DNA of 64,000 bases from the human T2T-CHM13v2.0 reference genome, Homo sapiens. The notes below the pieces were generated by a model. That model was not told the origin of the DNA. It searched no databases and worked only from the letters and a program-made list of their open reading frames with translations. How positions within the stretch are numbered: position 1 is the stretch's first letter; every line of letters begins with the position of its first letter. The stretch lies in the NCBI RefSeq assembly GCF_009914755.1, contig NC_060925.1, one strand, 5' to 3'. The translations under genes were made by a program, and so were the position numbers. Below are positions 54,290 to 64,000 of the stretch, one piece after another.

Positions 54290-55322
54290 CACCCTCAGTC
54301 CTGCTGCTGGATCATCTGGTTAGTGGCTTCTGAGTCAGAGGACCTTCATCCCCTGGGGCAGTGGACCTTCCAGTGATTCCCTTGACATAAGGGGCATGGA
54401 AGAGGGGGAGGCTTATTTCTATTCGGACAATCTTTTTAAAAGTGTCCTTGTAGACCGTACTGGAAGCAAGCCCTATTAGGCATTCAATTTGCCCAGCCTT
54501 TCCCTGTTCCAGAACCTCCAAAGTCCGCTTGCCTGAGGGCCATGACTACAGTGGTGGCCTTTTTTTTAATCCTGTTTGTCCCGTTCCACCTGCTCTTCCT
54601 GATCTCTATTATAAAAAACCGAGTTTGCCAAGTTCAATAGGGTTTCTAAGTTTTGCTCTGGGCCTAAGGCGGACTTTTGAAGTTTTTTTCTAATGTCTGC
54701 AGCTGACTGAGTGATAAACTTTTCTTTTAAGATTACTTGGCCTTCAATGGAGTCAGGTGACAGAGAGGTATGCTTCCTCAATGCCTCCCTTAGTCTCTAC
54801 AGAAAGGCGATAGGATTTTCTTCCTTTCCCTGTGTTATAGTGGACATCATTTAATAATTTATAGGATTCTTCCTAGTTTTCCTTAGTCCTTCTAGCATGC
54901 AAGTTAGCAAATGTCTGCGGCACCAATCTCCATGTTCTGATTCTGCGTCCCAGTGAGGGTCTACATTGGGAACTGCCTGCTGACCTGTGGGGAATCATTC
55001 TCTTTCCTGTTGTCATTCTTTCATTGACCTGACTGAGATACCAGAGATCGCAAAACTCTTGGGCTGCAGTTATGGTGGCACTTCTCTCATTTGGGGTTAG
55101 TGTCTGATTTAGCAGTAACATCTCTCTCCATGTCAGATCAAAGGATTGTCCTAACCCTTGTAAAACATCAATATAGCCATCAGGGTTATCTGAGAATTTA
55201 CCTAGGTCTATTTTAATTTGCTTTAAATCTGAGAGGGAAAAAGGTACATGCACTCTGACTGGGCCGAATTCTCCAGAATACATCTTGGGTGCGTTTTTGC
55301 CATGAGAGGGAACATTTCACAT
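54290..55322 (-). pseudogene. gag: HERV-W gag, disrupted and matrix-deleted
   Basis: ATG at 55322 followed by TGA; capsid peptides FSLSDLKQIKIDLGKFSDNPDGYIDVLQGLGQ and FITQSAADIRKKLQK. Confidence 0.9.
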
Positions 55323-57462
55323 CTGAAAAAAGAACATAGGGATGGCAGCACACCTAGTCATTTTCTGATGAGCATTAGTCCTAGAGCATCCTCTATGGTC
55401 CTAATGCTTATTCATTTCCAAGGTGTGTAACAACCCATGGACCTCTGCTTATCAGATTAGTTACACTCACCAATGTAGCAGTCCTGCACCTGTTTTCCCG
55501 CCTTTCTTGACCACAAAGAAAGGGGTCCAGGCTGCTAGATTCCAGTGGTCCTTTACCAGAGTGCCCAACATTGCCTTTGCACTCAGAGGCGAGTTCTAGA
55601 GCTGAGCTGGTTTCCTGAGTATTTCATAACAACCCAGCTGCCCCATCAAGATGCATTCCCGTAAACAACAGTTCTTACACAAATTCATTTCAGAGAGGGT
55701 GTAGGTAACCTTTTGAGTCAGGATTGAGATGGAGTTTTGATTCTGTAAGTACTTTAAGGCTTGGCTGAATGCAAACAGCTGGCACGTTTGAGCAGACCAA
55801 TTATTTAGGCAATTCTCCTAACTCTGCTTCCACTAGAGTCTCCCTATCAGTTACTGAATACCCATTGTGTTTTTTTTTTTTTCCCTCAATCACCCGGGAG
55901 GAAGCATCTATTGTCCTGTCCTGAAGGGAATTCTTCCTAAGTCTGGTTGGACCTTTGTATGGTAGTGAAGATTTAAATCCTCTGTTAGGAAATCTGCCGG
56001 GTTAAGGGAATTTTCAGTGGTTAGTGTTAAATCACCTTTTTCTAACAGAACAGCCCCATACTTTAAGATTTTTGAGTTAGTAAGCTCCCGTTTTGCTTTT
56101 TGACTTAGGATAGTTCTGAACTGGTGAGCTGTGCTCACAATGAGGTTTCCTCTAAAGGTTATTTTTCTACTTTTAGCAAAGCAGTTGCCGCTACCGACTG
56201 AATGCATTTGGTCCATATGCGGGTTACTGCGTTAAGGATATTTGATAGGAAGGCTACAGGTTGTCAGTGGTCTCAGTGTTTTCAGGCTACGCCCTTGTTT
56301 ACACCAACAAGGTAGTACTGGAGTGTTATAGAGTCATGGAGAAGACCTTCAATTATCAATTATAGGTTTTAAATTTACCCTGGCTTTTAAAGGAATAGGG
56401 CACGCTTTTTTCTTTACTACTTCCATCTTTTTCTTTCTCTCTTTGACTCTGTCTCTCTGCCTCTTTCCCTCTCTCTTTTCTCTCTGTCTTTGTAGATGGA
56501 TTTTGGAAACACAGTGGAAGGACATTTGCTCATTGTCCCCATTTGCCACTATAGGAATATGGGCCTCCCTTTAATTTACTCAATTCGTTTTCATCCTGAT
56601 CTAGTATGTTGTCGTAGACATAGTCCCAGTTGTTAAAGTACTGGGTCATCAGTTCTAAGGCCCTGGCCAAGGAGCCAAGGCTTGGAGATTGTATTGCAGA
56701 GGTGTAAGCTGGGTAGAAATTGGGGGAGAACATCTTACACATGGGAGAACAATCCTCCTAGCCATTTACAAATGTGGGGCCATGGCTCATAATAGAACTT
56801 GGAGGCTTGGCAAGGGTGGTGGGGAACGGGTCCCACATAACTGCCCATGTCGAGAGCTATATACCTAAATTGGGAGGGTCATCAGGGACAAGACTCCCTG
56901 GGTTCATAGCCTAGATGCCTAAGGACACAGCATAGAGCTTCCCTAGATCCCTTTGGAGATACAACTTGCTCTAATACTTGGGAGCGGAAGTAAAAGTCTG
57001 AAGCATTGGTACCTAGGAGGCAGGGATCACAGGAAGTAGATGAGAGGTAAGGAGAATTTTGGGGCTACACTTTCAAGAAAGTCATGGTTGGGACCCAGGA
57101 GGTATGGGTCAGAAGAAGTAGGGGTACACACATGGGAGTAGAGACTTCTGGCTGCACCATGATCCCAATTGGCCAATTCTGAGAGTTCAGGACGACAGCT
57201 TTCTGCCTCTAGTCAGCCCTCAGCTTCCCCCAGGAAATTGTGAAACTGGAAGCTGGTTCCAGACAGACTAATGCTCCCAACCCAGAAGGGTTGGGGGTTG
57301 TTAGAAAGCCTTTTCCCAGGAAGCCTCACACCTGAGTCCGGCGGCCATGCTAATCATTTCTAACCAGCCGACCAGGTGCCTGGTATTTTCCTCCAATTCT
57401 AAGGAACAATAGGACAGAATAGCAAGTGAAAGTGGTCTGATATTATTCACTGCTTTGGAGAA

Positions 57463-57481
57463 TCCCCATATGAGGCCACCA
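57463..57481 (-). promoter_or_regulatory. HERV-W primer-binding site, tRNA-Ile-like
   Basis: TGGTGGCCTCATATGGGGA directly after the 5' LTR, compared with the Ile PBS TGGTGGCCCGTACGGGGA. Confidence 0.75.
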
Positions 57482-57483
57482 AA

Positions 57484-58268
57484 TGTTACTGGGGGTCTTT
57501 GTTCTTAGAGTTCCCAAGATGTGGGGGGCCACTCCCAAGATGGCAGCAAGCCTTTTGTTCTCTGACCTGGGGTTCTTGGCCTCACAGATTCCAAGGAATG
57601 GAACCTTGGGCTATGCAGTGAGCATTATAGCTCTACTAGAAGCCGTGGGCCATGGAAGAGAACCATGGAAACCAGCAACTAGTGTTTAGCTCAATTAGGA
57701 TGAACCTTGGGGCCTTAGCCATGCAGGAACAATGGTGAGCCTCTAGCCCAACCGGGAGTGGCAATGGGCACCTCGCTAGATCAGAAGCACAGCAGACACC
57801 CTGCCGTATCCAGAGGGGTGGAAGTCAACAGTGGTTCTGGGATTGCAGCAAAAAGCCATGGTGGACGGTGAACAGCCGTGGTGGACGGCAAGTGAAAGCT
57901 CAGCTTGAGCTGTAACAAACATGGACCAGAAGAATGTGTAATTGCAAGATTTAATAGAGTGAAAACAGAGCTCCCATCCAATGGGAGGGGACCCAAAGGG
58001 TGTTGCCCACTCCTGGCTCGAATGCCTGGGGTTTATATCCCAATCATTGTCCCCACCACTGTGCTCTCAGTTGTTAGATGATTGACTATTTCTTTTACCT
58101 TCCGCCTTTAGCCTAATTGGTATTTTAGTGAGCCCCTCTTTACTATCTGATTGGTCAGGTGTGAATTGAGTTACAAGCCCCATGTTTAAAGGTGGGTGTG
58201 GTCACCTTCCATAGCTAGGCTTAGGAATTCTTAGTCAGCCTAGGAAATTCAGCTAGTCCTGTCTCTCA
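57484..58268 (-). mobile_element. LTR17, 5' LTR
   Basis: TG..CA termini; homologous to 52482-53245; CCAAT and TATA-like boxes. Confidence 0.93.
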
Positions 58269-60794
58269 GTAATAGCCCTTACCCTACAGGTCAGGAAACC
58301 ACTGTGGGTTTTCTACTAGCTGCTAAGTATATCTATTTTATTTAAGCATTCTGAATCTGGGGAAATAAACACAGGGTGGGTTTGGGAATCTACGAGACCC
58401 ACTGTAACACAGACTTGAGTTAAAATTCCATTGATCACCTGACCTCCATAACCCCTACTCTTACTGGAGAGCCACAACGATGTTTTGGGCTTCTGGAATC
58501 AATGTCATTTCTGAGCCAGTGTCTAGTAGTTCTTGAAAGTTCTGATTTCCTTTTGTTCAATGTATAGTTAAAGTGGTTTAAAAAAGGTAGGTCCCTTTGG
58601 GAAAGGCAGGGTGAAAGATTGACAGTATATACTTTTGGTAGTGTATTGAGGGCCCTCTTTGAGGCTCCCTTGCCTCTCCTTCATTCAAGGGGTATACATC
58701 TATAATCTGGCTCAACCCTGGGAATTGAGGGATCATGACTGTTTTTATTATTCAATTTAGACTTTGTTTACTTGATCTAGGACTTTTCTGCTTATATAGA
58801 TGAAGTAAAAGTTTACTGGGCTTCCTGTCTATTTCATTTCTAGGATTATGATTAGCCAATACCACAGGTCTACGTGAGTCCAACTATTCTGATTGTGGCT
58901 TTGACTTTGCTGTCCATTATGGTATTATTCCCAACTTGCTTTTGGTGATTCAGTGTTGCCACTTGGCCCCTGCCACTGTGGAATCCAATTATTCACATTG
59001 CATTTAGGTTTTCCAGTTGAGTGGCTGCAGTCACCACTGAAAGGCCTAGCCTACAAATAATAATTATGGAGTTCTTCAAGGACACTGGAGCTCACCTAAC
59101 TAATGTATTTCTCAACATATTAGTGAAAGGTAGGTCTTCAGGACCCTCCAAGAGTGGGTGGGTAGGTCTTAAATGAGATCCACACTAACATTCCAATCTC
59201 CCTAAGCCTTTGAATTCCTTTTTTCTACATTAAACCAAGGGAGTTTGGGCATTTACATTTTTTCATGGTAGGCCATCATTTTATTCATATTTCAGCCAAT
59301 CAACCAAACTGTTAGAGCTCTTCCTAACTCTTTGAGCCAGAACATTAAATGCAGAATCTGCTTAGTGAGTCTATATCAATAAATTCAGTCTGATCCATAA
59401 GTTTTTTTCTACCATCATCTGATACCTTTAACACCCATTCCCATACATGGCTCTGGATTTCTGTTTATATAAGTTAGCAAACTCAGGTAGCTCTTTTTGA
59501 GTGTAGTGTAGCCCCTCCTGGGTAATATTTTGTACTTTACCTTTAGATATTTCCTGGGACTTGAGTCTAGTTAGAGGTCTAAAAGCAAAGAGGGGTATTG
59601 GTGGGTCCTGAGCAGAGCCAGCATTGTCTTACATAGTAACTTCCTCAAGGTGGGCCATTACCATTTCCTCAAGCAAGGGAGGATTAATCTCTTCAGATTG
59701 AGGGAGAAAGGCTGTTACTGCTGGGAATCAGGAGGCCCCTTCTTCTGGGAAAAAGGACTTATTTAGGAACTAAATTTCCCCAGCTTCATCAGAATCTTCC
59801 CACATGTCCCCATTCCAACTTATAAGATCCCATTTGTTCCCAGTCAATTCCCTAATTTTAACAGTAGATAGCATGCAAAGCTGGGAATTCAACTTGCATT
59901 GTGATTCAGCTAATTTCAGGATCAGGTTCTGCGTTTGATTTTTAGTTATTTAGCCCTGTAGCTACAGGAGATAAGGTTCTCCTCTAGGCATGCCTGAAAG
60001 TTCTGAGGTCATTTATGTAGTGCTTGAGCTGGGAATTTGAGTCCCTGAGCTCACCCTTTTTCCACTTTGTCCAGTGCAGCAACAACCCAATGCCATTTTT
60101 TAGTTTTCCAAAAATGTTTGAAAGTATGTACAGAGTCACTTAACTCCTTGTTTCTAAGCAAGTTCCTTGATATAAGTGGTTGATTAGAAGTATTGAATGC
60201 AGATATTTTGTGTGTCTCTATGAAGAGTTTATGCCATAGAATATCACTGCTCTCTGTTACTGGAAATAGAGTTATTAGTGTCTTTAAATCTAATCAGATT
60301 AGAAAGCCAATTTCAGAAACCCCAGAACCAGTTTAGAAAATGTATTTTTATTTTCTTTCTCTAGAACCATTCTTTCAGTAACAAAACCTATATTAGACAG
60401 TTCACCAGGGAAAGAAAAGAGCCAGTATAACATACATACACAAAAATATTATAGAAATTGGCTCACATGATTATGGAGGTCAAGATATCCCATGACCTGC
60501 TGTCTGCAAGCTGGAAAGCTGGAGAAGCTGGTGTAATTCACCTGAGTTGAGAGGCCTGAGAACTGGGGAGCCAATGGCGTAAGTCCTTGTCTGTGTCCTG
60601 TGTTCTAAGGAGAATCAAAAGCACCAATATCTGAGAGCAGGAAAGTAGAGAGATGCCACAGCTCAGGCAGAGTGAGTTCACATTTCCTCTGACTTTTAAT
60701 TTTATTCAGGCCTTCAGTGGATTTAAAGATACTAGCGACTATTTCAGAGAGACAAAAGGTAAGAATGAGAAGAGTAAAGCACTCATCCTCCCTT

Positions 60795-61000
60795 ACAGGC
60801 AAGTGGCAAAAGTTAAGACCATGCTCTTTAGAACGAGACAGACTTGAGTTCAATTCCTGCCCTGCAAGTCACTGGCCACATATCCTTGGGCAAATTATTT
60901 AGCTCTATGGTACCTCAGTTGCCTCTTTAGTAAAATAGGAATAATTATAATTACCTCTACCTGTGAGGGTTTCATGAGTTATATGTTTAGAAAAATAAAC
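60795..61000 (+). mobile_element. MIR SINE
   Basis: CCTTGGGCAAATTATTTAGCTCT..CCTCAGTTGCCTCTTTAGTAAAATAGGAATAAT. Confidence 0.75.
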
Positions 61001-61003
61001 ATA

Positions 61004-61264
61004 GGCCAGGCACAGTGGCTCCCACCTGTAATTCCAGCACTTTGGGAGGCCGAGACAGGTCAGGAGTTCAAGACCAGCCTGACCAACATGACAAAACCCT
61101 ATCTCTATTAAAAATACAAAAATTAGCCAGGCATGGTGGCACACACCTGTAATCCCAGGTACTTGGGAGATAGAGGCAGGAGAATCACTTGAATCTTGGA
61201 GGCGGAGGTGCAGTAAGATAAGATTGTGCCACTGCACTCCAGCCTGGGGGAAAGAGTGAGACTC

Positions 61265-61315
<51 letters not shown>

Positions 61316-61336
61316 ACAAAACAAAACAAAAAAAAC
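61004..61336 (+). mobile_element. AluS with a small left-arm deletion and a (CA)n/(CAAAA)n tail
   Basis: GGCCAGGCACAGTGGCTC start; the ..GGATCAC.. segment is missing before GGTCAGGAG. Confidence 0.93.
61269..61310. repeat. Perfect (AC)~21 microsatellite in the Alu tail
   Basis: Directly visible. Confidence 0.95.
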
Positions 61337-61602
61337 AGATGCCATGTCTACTATAAGAATTCAACTTTCCTCTTCTTTTTCCTCTGATCCTCCTTCTACG
61401 CCAAACATAAGATTCCCCTTTTGGGCAGATTTGCCTTTTCGGGTGTTTCAAACACAAAGTGAGACAGGAAGAAAGCTGTTCTTTTGGTCTGTAAGCCAAA
61501 CCTCTAATCAAAATTCCTGAGGGAGATTTGGAGACCTACATTTCTTCCCTTGAGTACACCAGCCAGAGGCACTGGGTAAATCTCACAGGCATGGAGATGT
61601 AA

Positions 61603-61993
<391 letters not shown>

Positions 61994-63028
61994 TTCCTCA
62001 TGTTTTTTAAAGCTTGGAGTAAATAACTTTGTATATTCTAATACTCTGAAATCTAACACATACTAAATTAATTTTGTAGCATTTTCCAATTTACAAGACC
62101 CTTTCACATGTTTTCATGTTTAATGTGAAGATATTGTGGTAGACAGGAAGAACATGGGTTAACTCCATCCTACATGGGTTTGGGCCCAGGGAAAATTGAA
62201 TAAGAAGTTACAGGTAAGTAGGAAGGTGAAAATGGGATTTGGACAAAGAAAAGATGTCACAGGCAGGTTTTAGAAGACTTTTGGAAAAAAAAAAAGATCA
62301 GGGTACAGCTGCAGGTTGGGTGTGTATATATGTGTGTTGGATCATGGGAAAGAGTATGTAGATGAGCTGACTAACTGGAGAACACATTTATGTTGTTAAT
62401 TTGCTGTATGCTGTGAATGGAACACTTGGCATTGCTCAAGAGGCTGCAGTGAAAATGTAGGCTACCTCTTATTTTTGGATGCTAGTCTGATTTTTCTTAA
62501 TAATTATACTATAACAAAGGGGATTACAGATTGAATAGCTTGTATAAAGGTGATATAAACAATAAATTACTTGTAGCACACATCAAAAACTAATTGCTAC
62601 ACACTAAATGTATTTCTTCATAGTCAAGAACCCCAGACATCTTCTAGGTCCAATATTTCTTAAGAATCAGTATTCTTTTAAGTCCAATCAGAATGTCTAC
62701 TTTCTATGCTAAATGGAATATATAATACAAGTAAAATTCTAATTTGTGAATAGTGAACACAAATCAATAATACTGAATAATACAGCTTTAAAAATTCTAC
62801 CATAATAGGTGTATCTTAAGTGGTAACTTTCTTTTTCACTAAAAATTAGTGTTTGCATTTGAAAAACAAATATGTATGATAAAGAATTAGCTCTGTTATT
62901 AGTATTTTTCCTTAAACAGTGTATGGTCTAGATCTATTCAGCTTCAAAGAAAGTGCACTCTCTTCCACACTAAATCATAATAGCAGATCAGTTTGTAATA
63001 CGGGTTATACAAATGATGTATATTATAT

Positions 63029-64000
63029 TGATGGCAGTGGCTGCTGCCATCACGCCAGCTGCGGCAGGAAGGTGCAGCTGCAGCAGGGAAGCGCGGCTGG
63101 GGATGCACACTCTGTGGAGCTGGTGGGAGCTCTGCCCCTTCTGAGTTGGGGCAGGAGCCTGCTCAAACCATGGTTGCAGACCCCGGTTTCCTGCTCTACG
63201 GAATCGGCAGGAGCCCCGCCCTCCTGGGCAGAGCTACAGCCACCCAAACTGCAACTGTGGGTGTGAGCCTCCTTGTGCTCCTGGAGGGGTCCAGGAGCAG
63301 GCAGGATGTCCCCTCCTGGGTGCAGCTGCAGTTGGCAGGCCTGTGGCTGCAGACCTGGGCCTCCCATTCCGCTGAGCTGGCAGGAGCCAGGGAGAAGCAG
63401 GAAACCCACTCCTTCTGAGTTGTGAGGTGGGAGCGCCCCAGGTACAGCAGGTGCAGGACCTGGGCATCTTTGCAGCATACATCCTCCAGGGCTTGGGAAG
63501 GTCCACACAACCTTCCTCCCTACATCCTTGCTGGCTCAGGGATGTCTGCTTCTGCTGCCTGGCTTCTCTCCTCTCCCACACCTGCTCCAATCTTGGAATG
63601 GGTTGGGGCCTGGGGTCATGAATGGCAGTGGGAGGCAGATTGATTCCTGGGTGGAAGTGGGGGTAGGTCCCCAGTAAGGCCCCACCTTCAGGACAGGGAG
63701 GGCCTGAAGGCTGGGGGCCTGGCTGCCAGTTCCATGGACCAGAGTGGGAACTCGGACCAGAGTGGGAACTTGTGGTGCCTTTTCCAACCTGTTCATGGGC
63801 AGCCATGGGCCAATTGGTACACACTCCCTCCCCTTTGAGGTCCATAAAAGCCCTGGGCTTAGCCAGAGCAGGGCAGAGGATGCCCAGAGGATGAAGAGGG
63901 CAGAGAGACTACCTGCCAATCAGCTACAGAGAGGACCTACCCTCTCTGCTGATAGCTAGAGATGAGGGAACAACCAGTTACAGAGAGGAACTACCCGTTC
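63029..64000 (+). mobile_element. MER52-family (ERV1) GC-rich LTR, runs off the window end
   Basis: Abrupt AT-to-GC shift at TGATGGCAGTGGCTGC; CCAAT..CATAAAAGCCC promoter region near 63810-63855. Confidence 0.8.

Larger units (their letters stand above)
52482..58268 (-). mobile_element. HERV-W (HERV17) provirus with two complete LTR17s, internally deleted (5.8 kb), nested in ERV-L pol
   Basis: Both LTRs begin TGAGAGACAGGACTAGCTG on the minus strand; HERV-W gag, pro, RT start and env tail present; host ERV-L sequence is collinear across the insertion. Confidence 0.95.
48724..60725 (-). mobile_element. Old ERV-L (ERVL-B4-like) provirus: 3' LTR 48724-49196, internal 49197-52481 and 58269-60388, truncated 5' LTR 60389-~60725
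   Basis: MLT2 LTRs at both ends; PPT next to 49196; minus-strand pol peptides (VTPIVAAIPDV; [13 protein letters not shown]) homologous to the 1-3799 element; protease/gag resume after 58268. Confidence 0.9.

Noticed and set aside
62919-63959. Cluster of overlapping ORFs up to 203 aa
   Set aside because: They lie in a GC-rich MER52-type LTR where stops are rare; ORFs occur on both strands with no recognisable domain.

Overview
This is primate (catarrhine/human-like) nuclear DNA that is almost entirely transposable-element derived, with no recognisable cellular protein-coding gene, tRNA, rRNA or CRISPR array. Left to right: the 3' half of a HERV-L provirus with an MLT2A LTR, a THE1 solo LTR, L1PA/L2/MIR fragments, a complete two-LTR MST (MaLR) provirus, FAM/Alu SINEs, two old L1M elements head to head, and a near-full-length L1PA7-like LINE nested in one of them. 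Further on are MLT1/MLT2 LTRs, MER30, an old ERV-L provirus (minus strand) interrupted by a two-LTR HERV-W (LTR17) provirus, two Alus and a MER52-type LTR. I see no evidence for a new enzymatic system. The most notable signals are structural: a HERV-W genome with two microhomology-bounded deletions and a tRNA-Ile-type PBS, short patches apparently copied from unique sequence about 3 kb away, a micro-inversion in an L1M, and an Alu-L1 chimera. Subfamily names and consensus comparisons are from recall, not from a RepeatMasker run.
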